A stretch of 64,000 bases of DNA from Thermoanaerobaculia bacterium (GTDB taxonomy: Bacteria > Acidobacteriota > Thermoanaerobaculia > UBA5066). A program made the position numbers and the translations under genes. Shown piece after piece: positions 17,200 to 28,793 of the stretch; the stretch's first letter is position 1, and every line of letters begins with the position of its first letter. The notes under the pieces are model-generated. The model ran no database searches. It worked only from the letters and a program-made list of their open reading frames with translations, and had not been told where the DNA came from. The stretch is taken from assembly GCA_963719225.1 (NCBI GenBank), contig CAVRAY010000002.1, positions 704,001 through 768,000 on the forward strand, written 5' to 3'.

Positions 17200-18927
17200 C
17201 TATTCTCTTTTCCTCTCCGCGATGAGCTCGTCCGGAGCCGGGATCGTCGGAATGGCGTCCTTCGGCAGCGCGCCGCCGCGCGCCGCCGCGTCGCGCCAGC
17301 GCACGACCGCCGCGTGGAGCGGCGCGGGTCCCGGATCGTGCGCGAGGGCCTCGCCGAGGAGCGCGCGTGCGCGCTCGCGGTTCCCGAGCCGGAGCTGAAA
17401 TTCGCCGAGCTTGGCCGTCGCCTGGGCGAAGGCGGGGGAGAGCTCGTGGGCGCGGGCAGCCGCGGCGGAGGCGGCCTCGAGCCACCCGTCCCCGCCGTTC
17501 CTTTCGAGCCGGCGCGCCTCGGCGAGCGCGGCGCGCGCATCCTCGTAGCGCGCGTAGCCGCCGGAGACGAGCCATGCGTCGGCCGGGACGGGCTCGGCGG
17601 CCGGCGCCGGGGGCGCCACGTCCGCGGAGAGCACGGCCTCGAGGTCCACCGGCACGTAGGCCCCGAGCGTGTGCGGGGCCGCGGCGACCCAGGCGCGGCG
17701 CCGCGCGAGGTCGAGGACGACGGAGTGCGCGGCGATCGACGCGTCGATCGCGTTCCGGTTGCCGGGGCCGAGGTCGGTCCCGTCCACGCCGCGGCGGTCG
17801 CGGAGGATGGCCACGGCGCCGGCGACGTCGAGGGAGCCGCCGGCCCCTGCGAGGAGGACTTCCAGCCGCGCCCGGCGCCGGCGCGACGTCGACGCCGGAG
17901 GAAGCGCGCGGGCGTGCGCGCGCACGGCCGCGTTCTCGGCCTCGTTCGCCGCTCCGATCGACGGGCCCGGCGTCTCCCGCACGGCGAACGCCGACGGGCT
18001 CTTCTCGACGACGGCAATCCGCCGCGACTTCGCGTCGCCGAGGAGGATGAGATCCGACACGAAGACGCGCGCGGCGCGCAGACGCGTCACTGCCCCGTCG
18101 AACGTCGACTCGTTCCCCAGGACGTCGGCGAGGAGGAGCGTGACGGGCGTGCCCGACCCTGCGGTGTCGCCGCCGGCGATCGCCTGGAGCGCGACGCCGA
18201 TCCCGTCGCGGTTGAAGCCCGAGACGACGCCGAGCATGCCCGGGAAGCCGACGGAGAGGTACGGGATCTTCCCGTCGGGAACGACGACGGAGACGAGCTT
18301 CTGCCGGTCGAAGACGTCGCCGCCCTCGAAGTCGAAGTTTCGCGCGAGGAGAACGCCGCCGTCGGGCGTCCGGGCGGCAAAGCCCGTGCAGGCGGCCGCG
18401 AGAGCGGGTGCGTCGACGAAGCGCTGCGAAACGTCGTGGAGCGCGTGCAGGTCGAGCATGCGCCGCCACGCGCTCCAGCCCGAGGCGGGCGGGACGGGCT
18501 CGTACCCGTCCGCGAGGCCGGCGATCGCGACGAGGAGGTCCGGCGGGATGTCGTCCGGCAGCGCGCGCAGCCGGAAGGCCGAGACCTGCCGGATCAGGAA
18601 GCGCTTGAAGCGCCCGGGGATCAGCGCCGTGAACAGCGCGTCGAGGTGGCTCTCCTGCGAGCGGATCCACGGCCGCGTGAGGCGGCCGGACGCGAGCCCG
18701 AGGTCGTACGGCGCTCCCGCGAAGCGGCCGACGAGGACGCCCGGCGGAGCCGACGGCGCGACCCACGAGACTCCGAGGCGGCGGACGCCGCTCCGCGTCT
18801 CGACGGTGGGATCCGGTGCGGCGACCGCCGGGGCCGAGGCGGGCCGCGCCGGGGCGCACGCCGTGGCGAGCGCGAGAGCCGCGGCTCCGGCGAAGGCCGC
18901 GGGCGCCCCGCCCGGGGCCTCCCTCAC
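17200..18927 (-). CDS. C45 family Ntn-hydrolase/acyltransferase lipoprotein with C-terminal TPR-like helices
   Basis: Lipobox ALATAC; ACTGFAA (autoproteolytic Cys), LARNFDF, GVVSGFN; GTGA overlap with upstream gene. Confidence 0.8.
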   Translation of the reverse strand: MREAPGGAPAAFAGAAALALATACAPARPASAPAVAAPDPTVETRSGVRRLGVSWVAPSAPPGVLVGRFAGAPYDLGLASGRLTRPWIRSQESHLDALFTALIPGRFKRFLIRQVSAFRLRALPDDIPPDLLVAIAGLADGYEPVPPASGWSAWRRMLDLHALHDVSQRFVDAPALAAACTGFAARTPDGGVLLARNFDFEGGDVFDRQKLVSVVVPDGKIPYLSVGFPGMLGVVSGFNRDGIGVALQAIAGGDTAGSGTPVTLLLADVLGNESTFDGAVTRLRAARVFVSDLILLGDAKSRRIAVVEKSPSAFAVRETPGPSIGAANEAENAAVRAHARALPPASTSRRRRARLEVLLAGAGGSLDVAGAVAILRDRRGVDGTDLGPGNRNAIDASIAAHSVVLDLARRRAWVAAAPHTLGAYVPVDLEAVLSADVAPPAPAAEPVPADAWLVSGGYARYEDARAALAEARRLERNGGDGWLEAASAAAARAHELSPAFAQATAKLGEFQLRLGNRERARALLGEALAHDPGPAPLHAAVVRWRDAAARGGALPKDAIPTIPAPDELIAERKRE

Positions 18928-19871
18928 TCCTCGCTCTCCCAGAACCGTGCGAAGCGGTACCACTGCGTCGGGTAGGCCCGGATCGTCGCCTCCATCCGCG
19001 CGACGAAGGCCGCGAGGCCCGCCACGACGGCCTCGTCCGCGGCGGCTCCGCGCGCGTGCGGCACGCGGATCGCCTCCTCGACGATGGTCCGATACCGGCC
19101 GTCGTCCTCCTGGAGGACGAAGACAGGGAAGATCGGGGCTCCCGATGCCTGGGCGATCCGGAACGGCCCGATCGGGAACGAGGCCGTCTTCCCGAAGAAC
19201 GGCATCGCGCGCCCGGTGCCGGAGACGTCGCGATCGCCCTGGATCGCGACGCACATGTTGCTCTCGAGGGCGCGGAGGACCGGGAGGAATCCGAACGGCG
19301 ACCGGTCCACGGGGATGCCGGTGACGCCGAGTGTCTTGCGCGCGTCGTCGCGGTGCATCTCGACGACCGGGGACGGGTCGGGCACGTAGACGACCGCCAC
19401 CTTCAGCCCGAGCTGCGCGAGGAAGAGGCCGCCGAGCTCGAAGTTGCCGACGTGCGCCGTCAGGAGGATCGCCCCCCTGCCCTCCCGGGACGCCGTGACG
19501 AGACGCTCGTCGCCGGATCGCGCCGCGAGGAGGGAGGCCGGGTCCACGTCGCTCCGGCCCGAGTGCCGGAGAAGGTCGATCCACATCCGCGAGTGCCGGG
19601 ACACCATTTCACGCCCGGCACGCCCGACCTCGCCGGCGTGGCGCGGAAGGCCGAGAACGGCCGAGAAGTTGTCGAGAATCGCCTCGCGGACGGAATTGCG
19701 CGCCCAGATCACGCGCTCCACGGTGACGTTCGCGACGCGCGCCACGAAAGCGGGCGGCAGGGTTCGGGCCAGCCACCGGAAGAGCGGGAACCACAGCCCA
19801 AACGTCGCGCTGGCGAGGTTCGAGACGATGGTGGGCTTCTCGGCGATCGGATCAGGCGGGACAGGCGGCAC
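18924..19871 (-). CDS. Lysophospholipid/lipid A acyltransferase-like protein (LpxL-like LPLAT)
   Basis: [36 protein letters not shown]; start uncertain. Confidence 0.85.
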   Translation of the reverse strand: MPPVPPDPIAEKPTIVSNLASATFGLWFPLFRWLARTLPPAFVARVANVTVERVIWARNSVREAILDNFSAVLGLPRHAGEVGRAGREMVSRHSRMWIDLLRHSGRSDVDPASLLAARSGDERLVTASREGRGAILLTAHVGNFELGGLFLAQLGLKVAVVYVPDPSPVVEMHRDDARKTLGVTGIPVDRSPFGFLPVLRALESNMCVAIQGDRDVSGTGRAMPFFGKTASFPIGPFRIAQASGAPIFPVFVLQEDDGRYRTIVEEAIRVPHARGAAADEAVVAGLAAFVARMEATIRAYPTQWYRFARFWESEE

Positions 19872-19968
19872 GCCGCGAGAATGCCACGGCGGCCTTCCGG
19901 CCCCGCGCTTCGATACGCCGTCTCGACGGGCCGTTCGGCTAGGATGGAGGGCCGCCCAGGAGGCCCTG

Positions 19969-21024
19969 ATGCTCGACACCATCCGCAAGCAGCTCGGCGA
20001 GCGCGCCTCGCTCCTCGACTACGAGGCGAAGGGCGTGCCCGCCTCGATGCTCCACCTTCCCGGCCCCGACTTCGTCGACCGCGTGCTTGTCCCGTCCGAC
20101 CGGCCGGCCGGCGTCCTGCGCAGCCTGTCCTCGATGTTCGGCCACGGCCGCCTCTCGGGCACGGGCTACCTCTCGATTCTCCCGGTGGACCAGGGGATCG
20201 AGCACTCGGGCGCCGCCTCCTTCGCTCCCGCGCCGGAGTATTTCGACCCCGAGAACATCGTCCGCCTCGCGCACGAGGGCGGCTGCAACGCCGTCGCGTC
20301 GACGCTCGGCGTCCTCGGCTCGGTCGCGCGCACGTGGGCGCACCGGATTCCGTTCATCGTGAAGATCAACCACAACGAGCTCCTGACGCTTCCGACGTCC
20401 TACGACCAGACGATCTTCGCGAGCGTCCGGCAGGCGTTCGACATGGGCGCGGCGGGCGTCGGCGCGACGATCTACTTCGGGTCCGACAACTCGCGCCGCC
20501 AGATCACGGAGATCTCGCACGCGTTCCACGAGGCGCACGGCTACGGGATGTTCACGGTCCTGTGGTGCTACCTCAGGAATCCCGCGTTCAAGACGAAGGA
20601 GAAGGACTTCCACGTCTCCGCCGACCTGACGTCGCAGGCGAACCACCTCGGCGTCACGATCGAGGCGGATATCATCAAGCAGAAGCAGCCCGAGAACGAC
20701 GGCGGCTTTCCGGCGCTCCCGTTCGGGAACAAGCCGAACGCCGAGGCGTACGCGAGGCTCGTCCCGGCCCACCCGATCGAGTGGACGCGCTGGCAGGTCG
20801 TGAACTCGTACATGGGCCGCGCGGGCCTCATCAACTCCGGCGGCGCCTCGGGCGGGAAGGACGACCTCGGGCAGGCCGTCGCGACCGCCGTCATCAACAA
20901 GCGCGCCGGGGGCACGGGGCTCATTTCCGGGCGCAAGGCGTTCCAGAAGCCGATGAAGGAGGGCGTCGCCCTCCTCCACGCGATCCAGGACGTCTACCTC
21001 GAGAAAGGCATCACGGTGGCCTGA
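19969..21024 (+). CDS. fbaB: Class I fructose-bisphosphate aldolase
   Basis: [37 protein letters not shown] (Schiff-base Lys), [10 protein letters not shown]; AGGAGG RBS. Confidence 0.95.
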   Translation: MLDTIRKQLGERASLLDYEAKGVPASMLHLPGPDFVDRVLVPSDRPAGVLRSLSSMFGHGRLSGTGYLSILPVDQGIEHSGAASFAPAPEYFDPENIVRLAHEGGCNAVASTLGVLGSVARTWAHRIPFIVKINHNELLTLPTSYDQTIFASVRQAFDMGAAGVGATIYFGSDNSRRQITEISHAFHEAHGYGMFTVLWCYLRNPAFKTKEKDFHVSADLTSQANHLGVTIEADIIKQKQPENDGGFPALPFGNKPNAEAYARLVPAHPIEWTRWQVVNSYMGRAGLINSGGASGGKDDLGQAVATAVINKRAGGTGLISGRKAFQKPMKEGVALLHAIQDVYLEKGITVA

Positions 21025-22049
21025 TGCGTCGCCCCGCCGTCGTCCTCATCACGGGCGCGAGCGGCGAGATGGGGCACGGCCTCATCACGCGCCTCGCGGC
21101 CGAAGGAAATCGCGCGATCCTCACGCTGGACCTCAAGCCCCTCGAGCCGCCGCTCGCCCGCCTCGTCGCGCGCGAGTTCACGGGCTCCGTCCTCGACCGC
21201 AACGTCCTCGAGCGCATCCTTTCCGAGTACGAGATCGACCTCATCTTCCACCTCGCGGCGCTCCTCTCGACCCGCGGCGAGTTCACGCCCGTCACGGCGC
21301 ACCAGGTCAACGTCGAGGGGATGATTTACATGCTGGAGTTCGCGCAGAGCGAGCGCCAGTCGCACGGCCGCCCCGTCACGTTCCTGTACCCCTCGTCCAT
21401 TGCGGCGTACGGACTGTCCGACTCCGCGACGAAGCAGATGGCCGGGCGCGTGAAGGAGGACGAGCACAACACCCCGACGACGATGTACGGCTGCAACAAG
21501 CTGTACGCCGAGCACCTCGGGCGCTATTACGCCAAGCACTACAAGCAGCTCTCCTCCGACGCCCAGGCGGGGCGCGTCGACTTCCGGTGCCTGCGCTTCC
21601 CGGGCCTCATCTCCGCCGTCACGGTGCCGTCCGGCGGCACGTCGGACTACGCGCCCGAGATGATCCACGCGGCGGCGGAAGGGAAGCCCTACGCCTGCTT
21701 CGTCCGCGAGGACACGAAGATCCCGTTCATGGCGATGCCCGACGGCGTCGACGCGCTGCTCAAGCTCGCGGCGGCTCCGGGCGGGACGCTCACGCGTCAG
21801 GTCTACAACGTCGGCGCGTTCGCGCCCACGGCCGGCGAGATCCGCGACCTCGTCCTGAAGTCGTTCCCCGGCGCGCAGATCACGTTCGAGCCCGACCTCA
21901 AGCGTCAGCACATCGTGGACTCGTGGCCCGCGGACGTGGACGATAGCGCCGCGCGTGCGGACTGGGAGTTCGCGCCGCGCTTCGGCCTCGAGGCCGCGTT
22001 CTCAGAGTACCTGATCCCGACGATTCGCGAGCGCTACCGCCGGGTGTGA
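21024..22049 (+). CDS. NAD-dependent epimerase/dehydratase family, L-threonine 3-dehydrogenase-like SDR
   Basis: TGASGEMG, HLAALLS, PSSIA, MYGCNK, DFRCLRFPGLIS, GGTSDYA, RQHIVDSWP. Confidence 0.8.
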   Translation: MRRPAVVLITGASGEMGHGLITRLAAEGNRAILTLDLKPLEPPLARLVAREFTGSVLDRNVLERILSEYEIDLIFHLAALLSTRGEFTPVTAHQVNVEGMIYMLEFAQSERQSHGRPVTFLYPSSIAAYGLSDSATKQMAGRVKEDEHNTPTTMYGCNKLYAEHLGRYYAKHYKQLSSDAQAGRVDFRCLRFPGLISAVTVPSGGTSDYAPEMIHAAAEGKPYACFVREDTKIPFMAMPDGVDALLKLAAAPGGTLTRQVYNVGAFAPTAGEIRDLVLKSFPGAQITFEPDLKRQHIVDSWPADVDDSAARADWEFAPRFGLEAAFSEYLIPTIRERYRRV

Positions 22050-22093
22050 CGGCGACGCGCGCGCGCTCGTGCCTCTCTCGGTCGGCGAGGCGC

Positions 22094-22963
22094 TCAGGAA
22101 CCTCCGCCCTTCAAGTGGGACAGGACGTGCGAGAAATCCTTCTGGCCGAGGCCTGATTCGCGCGCCCTCTCGTAGTCGCTCCGTGCGGCCTCGACGACGG
22201 CCGCATTCTCCGGGCCGCCGCCCGCCTCGACCATGAGCCTCAGGTCCTTTTCCATGAGCGCGAGCTGGAACGCGGCCGGCTCGCCGCCGCCCGCGAGGAA
22301 GTCCATCTTCGCCTTCAGGTACGGCGACACGCTCGGAATCGAGAGGAGCCAGTCCGTCGTCTCCTTCTCCGGGAGACCGAGCTTCTTCGCGAGGCCGAGC
22401 GCCTCGCCGAACGCGGCGAGCGTGACGCCGAAGAGAAGGTTGTTCACGAGCTTCATCGCCGAGCCCTGCCCGACGGGCCCGAAGTGCAGGACGCCCTTCG
22501 AGACCGCGTCGATGACGGGCTTGCCGCGCGCGAGGTCCGCGGCGTCGCCTCCCGCGAAGAGCTTGAGCGTCCCGTCCGTGGCCGGCTTCACACTGCCCGC
22601 GACGGGCACGTCGCAGAACGCGGCGCCTCTTTCCTTCGCGCGCGCCGCGCAGGAGCGCGAGGCCTCCGGGGTCACGGTCGAGAAGTCCAGCCAGAGGGCG
22701 CCCGCGGCGATGCCCGCGAGGAGACCGTCCGGACCGGAGGCGACCGCCTCGACGGCCCCGGGGTCCGCGAGCATCGTACAGACGATCTCGGCGCGGGCCG
22801 CGGCCTCGCGCGGCGACTTCGCGACGGCCGCCCCGAGGGCGGCGAACGAGGCCGCGCGCTCCGGGCTGCGGTTCCAGACGGTCAGGTGGAGGCCGGCGGC
22901 GGCGATGCGCCGGGCCATGGGGGCCCCCATGGCGCCGAGTCCGAGAAAGGCGACGCGTGTCAT
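22094..22963 (-). CDS. NAD(P)-dependent beta-hydroxyacid dehydrogenase (3-hydroxyisobutyrate dehydrogenase family)
   Basis: VAFLGLGAMG, WNRS, DVPVAGS, G.GSAMKLVNN, KDL. Confidence 0.9.
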   Translation of the reverse strand: MTRVAFLGLGAMGAPMARRIAAAGLHLTVWNRSPERAASFAALGAAVAKSPREAAARAEIVCTMLADPGAVEAVASGPDGLLAGIAAGALWLDFSTVTPEASRSCAARAKERGAAFCDVPVAGSVKPATDGTLKLFAGGDAADLARGKPVIDAVSKGVLHFGPVGQGSAMKLVNNLLFGVTLAAFGEALGLAKKLGLPEKETTDWLLSIPSVSPYLKAKMDFLAGGGEPAAFQLALMEKDLRLMVEAGGGPENAAVVEAARSDYERARESGLGQKDFSHVLSHLKGGGS

Positions 22964-22969
22964 GGGGTC

Positions 22970-22979
22970 ATCTTAAGAT
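22970..22979. promoter_or_regulatory. Palindromic bidirectional -10 element
   Basis: ATCTTAAGAT gives TAAGAT on both strands, each exactly 6 nt from a divergent ATG (22963 and 22986). Confidence 0.65.
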
Positions 22980-22985
22980 CGCGCC

Positions 22986-24385
22986 ATGGTGCGGCGCGAA
23001 CTCTCCCCGGAGGAAGCGCGCGCCCTCGCCCAGATCGTCGGTGACGGTCACCTCCTCGCCGCGGCGGACGACCTCGCGCCGTATGCGAAGGACTGGACCC
23101 GGGATCTCGCGGCCGTTCCGGCGGCCGTCGCGCGGCCGCGCACGACGGAGGAGGTCTCGCGCCTCCTCGCGTACTGCAACGCGCGCGCGATTCCCGTGAC
23201 GCCGCAGGGCGGGCGCACGGGGATGTCGGGCGGCGCGCTCGCGATCCACGGCGGCCTCGGCCTAGCGCTCGACCGCATGACGTCGATCCTCGAGATCGAC
23301 GCGGACAACTTCGTCGCGGTCGCCGAGCCGGGCGTCGTGACGCAGACCCTCCAGGAGGCCGCCGAGGAGAAGGGGCTCTACTACCCGCCGGATCCCGCGT
23401 CGCGCGGGTCGTGCACGATCGGGGGCAACGTCGCGGAGAACGCGGGAGGCCCGCACGCGGCGAAGTACGGCGTGACGGGACGCTGGGTCCTCGGCCTCGA
23501 GGCGGTCTTCGCGGATGGCTCCGTCGCCGAGACGGGCGGCAAGACGCGCAAGGACGTCGCCGGCTACGACCTGACGTCGCTCCTCGTCGGGAGCGAGGGG
23601 ACGCTCGCCGTCGTCACGAAGGCGTGGCTGCGCCTCATCGCGAAGCCCGCCGTGTGGGCGACGATCCTCGCCCCGTTCCCGTCGCTCGAGAGCGCGGTCG
23701 CGGCCGTTTTCGAGGTCCACCGCCGCGGCCTCGTCCCGTCCGCGTGCGAGGTCGTGGACCGCCCGTCCGTCGAGGTCGCGTCGCGGAAGAAGGGCGCCGC
23801 CGTGCCGTTTCCCGAGGCCGAGGCCCGCCTCCTCCTCGACTTCGACGGACCCACGGGCGAGGAGGTCGAGCGCGAGGTCACGGCGGCGGGAGAGATCCTC
23901 CTCGAGTGCGGCGCGCTCGACGTCGCGCTCGCGGCCGACGAGCCGCGCCGGCGCGCGCTCTGGGACGTGCGCCGCGGGATCGCCGAGGCGATCTGCGAGC
24001 TCGGCGTCTCGTTCGAGCTGGATCTCGCGGTGCCCCGCTCGGCGCTCGTCGCGCTCGTGACGGGCGTGAGGCGGCGGGCCGCGGAGGCGCGCCTCAGGGC
24101 GTTCGCCTACGGGCACGCGGCCGACGGGAATCTCCACGTGCGGCTCCTCGACGAGGGAAACGCGACGCTCGACGAGGCGCGGGTCTCGTCCGTCCTCACG
24201 GAGATCTACGCGGAGACCGTGCGTCTCGGCGGCACGATCACGGGCGAGCACGGCGTCGGGGTCACGCTCCGCGATTTCCTGCCGCTCCGCCGCCCGCCCG
24301 CGTTCCTCGCCGCGATGCGCGCCGTGAAGTCCGCGCTCGACCCGAACGGGATCCTGAACCCGGGCAAGGTGATCCCGGCCGCCGG

Positions 24386-24389
<4 letters not shown>
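22986..24389 (+). CDS. FAD-linked oxidase (GlcD / D-lactate dehydrogenase family)
   Basis: PQGGRTGMSGG, YPPDPAS, TIGGNVAENAGG..KYG, GSEGTL, GHAADGNLH, GEHGVG, LDPNGILNPGK. Confidence 0.9.
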
Positions 24390-25633
<1,244 letters not shown>

Positions 25634-25664
25634 GGCACGGCGCCCTCCGCTAGACTCGCGGGAT

Positions 25665-27119
25665 ATGCCGGAATCCGCCTTCGAGGCCGTGATCGGGCTC
25701 GAGGTGCACGCGCAGCTCAGGACGAGGAGCAAGGCGTTCTGCCCGTGCCCCGTCACGTTCGGAGCGCCGCCGAACACGGCCGTCTGCCCCGTTTGCCTCG
25801 GGTATCCCGGCGCGCTGCCGGTCCCGAACCGCGAGATGGTGACGCTCGCCATGCGCGTCGCGCTCGCCTGCGGCTGCACGATTTCGCCGCGGTCGATCTT
25901 CGAGAGGAAGAACTACTTCTACCCGGACCTCCCGAAGGGCTACCAGATCTCCCAGTACGAACGGCCGCTCGCGACGGGCGGCTCCGTCGCGGTCGTGACA
26001 GCCGCGGGCCGCCGGGAGATCCGCCTGAACCGCATCCACCTCGAGGAGGACGCGGGAAAGTCCATGCACGAGGTGCCGTGGGACGACGTGCCGTCGGCCG
26101 CGACGCTCGTGGACCTGAATCGCGCCGGCACGCCGCTCATCGAGATCGTGACGGAGCCGGACCTCGCGTCGCCGGACGAGGCGCACGACACTCTCGTCCG
26201 GCTGCGCCGTCTCGTGCGCTGGGTGGACGCGTCGGACGGGAACATGGAGGAGGGGTCCCTGCGCTGTGACGCGAACGTGTCCCTTCGTCCCCGCGGCGCG
26301 CGCTCTCTCGGCGTCAAGGTCGAGATCAAGAACCTGAACTCGATCGCGCACGTGAAGAAGGCGCTCGAGCACGAGATCGCGCGGCAGGCGGCTGCGCTGT
26401 CGTCGGGCGACGCCGTCGTGCAGGAGACGCGCCTCTTCGAGCCCGGGACGGGCGCGACGAAGACGATGCGGTCGAAAGAAGAGGCGATGGACTATCGCTA
26501 CTTCCCGGACCCGGACCTCGGGCCCCTCGAGGTGGGTGCCACGTGGATCGCGGAGGTGAAGGCGTCCCTGCCCGAGATGCCGGAGCCGCGCGCCGCGCGC
26601 CTCGCGGCAGCGTACGTGCTGCCGGCCGCGGACGCGGAGCTCCTCTGTTCGGCGCGAGCGCTCGCGGACTGGTACGAGTCGGCCGTCGCCGCGCATCCGT
26701 CGAATCCGAAGGCGGTCGCGAACTGGCTCCTCTCGGACCTGCTCGGCCGGATGTCGGACGCGGACCGGCAGGCCGGGCGCGTCCCCGTCCCGCCGGAGCA
26801 TCTCGCGGCCCTCGTCGCCCTCATCGACGCGGGCACGATCTCGGGAAAGATCGCGAAGGAGATTCTCCCGGCCGTCATCGAGACGGGGAAGCGGCCGGCG
26901 GACCTCGTGCGCGAGGGGGGGCTCGTCCAGATCGCGGACGAGACCGCGCTCGGCGCGGCCGTCGCGGCCGTTCTCGCCGGGAACCCGGATCAGGTTGCCG
27001 CGTACCGCGGCGGAAAGGCCGCGACGTTCGGCTGGTTCGTCGGGCAGGTGATGAAGGCGACGGGCGGCAAGGCCTCTCCCGCGGTCGTGAACCGCCTCCT
27101 GAAGGAAAGGCTCGGTTGA
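25665..27119 (+). CDS. gatB: Asp-tRNA(Asn)/Glu-tRNA(Gln) amidotransferase subunit B
   Basis: IGLEVHAQL, RKNYFYPDLPKGYQISQ, HLEEDAGK, GNMEEGSLRCDANVS, YRYFPDPDL. Confidence 0.97.
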   Translation: MPESAFEAVIGLEVHAQLRTRSKAFCPCPVTFGAPPNTAVCPVCLGYPGALPVPNREMVTLAMRVALACGCTISPRSIFERKNYFYPDLPKGYQISQYERPLATGGSVAVVTAAGRREIRLNRIHLEEDAGKSMHEVPWDDVPSAATLVDLNRAGTPLIEIVTEPDLASPDEAHDTLVRLRRLVRWVDASDGNMEEGSLRCDANVSLRPRGARSLGVKVEIKNLNSIAHVKKALEHEIARQAAALSSGDAVVQETRLFEPGTGATKTMRSKEEAMDYRYFPDPDLGPLEVGATWIAEVKASLPEMPEPRAARLAAAYVLPAADAELLCSARALADWYESAVAAHPSNPKAVANWLLSDLLGRMSDADRQAGRVPVPPEHLAALVALIDAGTISGKIAKEILPAVIETGKRPADLVREGGLVQIADETALGAAVAAVLAGNPDQVAAYRGGKAATFGWFVGQVMKATGGKASPAVVNRLLKERLG

Positions 27120-27826
27120 TCGAGTTCTACCGCGTCGCCAAGGAGTACCAGGGCCGGCGCGTCCTCAAGGACGTCACGTTCCAGGCGAAGAAGGGCGAGT
27201 TCCTGTTCCTGACGGGGCCGTCGGGCGCCGGGAAGACGACCCTCCTCAGGATGATCTTCCGCGCCGAGAAGCCGACGGAGGGGCAGATCATCGTGAACGG
27301 GATGAACGTGAGCGGGATGCCGCCCGCGCGCGTCCCGTCGCTCAGGCGCTCGATGGGCGTCGTCTTCCAGGACTACAAGCTCCTCCCGCGCCGGACGGTC
27401 CTCGAGAACGTGACGTACGTCCAGAAGTTCCTCGGCGTGCCCGCGGCCGAGAGGCGGCGCCGGGCCTACCAGACGCTCCGGCTCGTCGAGCTCCACCACC
27501 GGATGTCCGCGCTCCCCGAGGAGCTCTCCGGGGGCGAGCAGCAGCGCGTCGCGCTCGCGCGCGCGCTCGTGAACGACCCCGTCCTCCTCGTGGCGGACGA
27601 GCCGACGGGCAACCTCGATCACCGGCTCGCGCAGGAGGTCATGAAGCTCCTCGTCGAGGTCAGCATGCGCGGCACGACGGTGCTCGTCGCGACGCACGAC
27701 CAGGACATGATCCGCGCCGTCGGCCGCCGGTGTCTCACGCTGGACGGGGGGCGGCTCGTCGAGGGGCTCGTGGACGCCGCGCTCCCGCCGCAGGCCGTCC
27801 ACCGGCGCGACGAGGCGCCTCGGTGA
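27116..27826 (+). CDS. ftsE: Cell division ATP-binding protein FtsE
   Basis: TTG start overlapping gatB stop; [35 protein letters not shown]; followed by ftsX. Confidence 0.88.
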   Translation: MIEFYRVAKEYQGRRVLKDVTFQAKKGEFLFLTGPSGAGKTTLLRMIFRAEKPTEGQIIVNGMNVSGMPPARVPSLRRSMGVVFQDYKLLPRRTVLENVTYVQKFLGVPAAERRRRAYQTLRLVELHHRMSALPEELSGGEQQRVALARALVNDPVLLVADEPTGNLDHRLAQEVMKLLVEVSMRGTTVLVATHDQDMIRAVGRRCLTLDGGRLVEGLVDAALPPQAVHRRDEAPR

Positions 27827-28728
27827 AGGGCGCGACGTCGGTCGCGGCGCTCTGGAGCGAGGCGTTCGAGGGCCTCGTGCGGGCGCGGCGCATGACGTCT
27901 CTCTCGATCGCGCTCATCGCGATCTCGATCGGGCTCGTCGGCGCGTTCTTCCTCGTCGCGGAGAACCTGAAGGGGGTCGTCGAGACCGTGCGCGACGAGT
28001 CGGCGGTGACCGTGTTCCTGAGGCCCGGGGTCTCCGACGCGGACCGCGCGGACCTCGAGCGCGTCGCGAAGGAGTCGCGCCTCGTCGCCCGCATGAAGCG
28101 CGTGACGCCCGACGAGGCCCGGGCGCGCTTCTCGGACTGGTGGCGCTCGCTCGCTCCCGCGGCGCGCAGCCTTCCGACGAACCCGTTCCCGGAGTCCCTC
28201 GAGCTCGACCTCGACCCGTCGGCCATCTCGTCTCAGGCCGTGCCCGGTTTCCTGAAGAACCTCGCCGCGCACCGCGCCGTCGAGGAGGTCCAGTTCGACG
28301 TCGAGTGGATCCGCCGGCTGCGCGGTGCGGTGCAGCTCGCGAAGGCGGCCGCGTTCGTCCTCGCGGCGCTCCTGACGCTCGGCGCCGCGTTCACGATCGC
28401 GAACGTCGTGCGCCTCACGATCCTCCTCCACCGCGACGAGATCGAGATTCTGCGCCTCGTCGGCGCGCCGGAGCTCCTGATCCGCGGGCCGTTCGTCCTC
28501 GGCGGGCTCGTCCAGGGCCTGCTCGGGGCGGTGCTCGCCGTCGCGGGGCTCTGGCTCGTCTACCGCGGCGTCATCGCGTGGGTCGCGGCGACGAAGAACG
28601 CGTTCCTGAGCGTCTTCGCGGTGCGCTTCCTCCCGGGCCAGACCTCGCTGCTCCTCCTCCTCTTCGGCCTCACCGCGGGCGTTGTCGGCGGCCTCCTCGC
28701 CGTGCGGCGGAAGAACCTGGCTGGGTAG
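27823..28728 (+). CDS. ftsX: Cell division permease FtsX
   Basis: TM + periplasmic domain (NPFPES), IANVVRLTI..RDEIEILRLVGA....IRGPF. Confidence 0.88.
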   Translation: MKGATSVAALWSEAFEGLVRARRMTSLSIALIAISIGLVGAFFLVAENLKGVVETVRDESAVTVFLRPGVSDADRADLERVAKESRLVARMKRVTPDEARARFSDWWRSLAPAARSLPTNPFPESLELDLDPSAISSQAVPGFLKNLAAHRAVEEVQFDVEWIRRLRGAVQLAKAAAFVLAALLTLGAAFTIANVVRLTILLHRDEIEILRLVGAPELLIRGPFVLGGLVQGLLGAVLAVAGLWLVYRGVIAWVAATKNAFLSVFAVRFLPGQTSLLLLLFGLTAGVVGGLLAVRRKNLAG

Positions 28729-28763
28729 CAGCGGGCGCAGGCGCGAAGCGCCGAGCGGAAGGT

Positions 28764-28790
28764 CCGGAAACCCGCCAGACGGGTTTCCGG
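28764..28790. terminator. Hairpin between convergent ftsX and AI-2E genes
   Basis: 11-bp stem CCGGAAACCCG / CGGGTTTCCGG; no U-tract. Confidence 0.5.
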
Positions 28791-28793
28791 GAA

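Noticed and set aside
13454-22049. Apparent giant ORFs 13454..16222, 17200..19584 and 18816..22049 suggesting multidomain proteins
   Set aside because: Only their 3' parts carry family motifs; real starts are at about 15062, 18927 and 21024 with RBS or stop-start overlaps.
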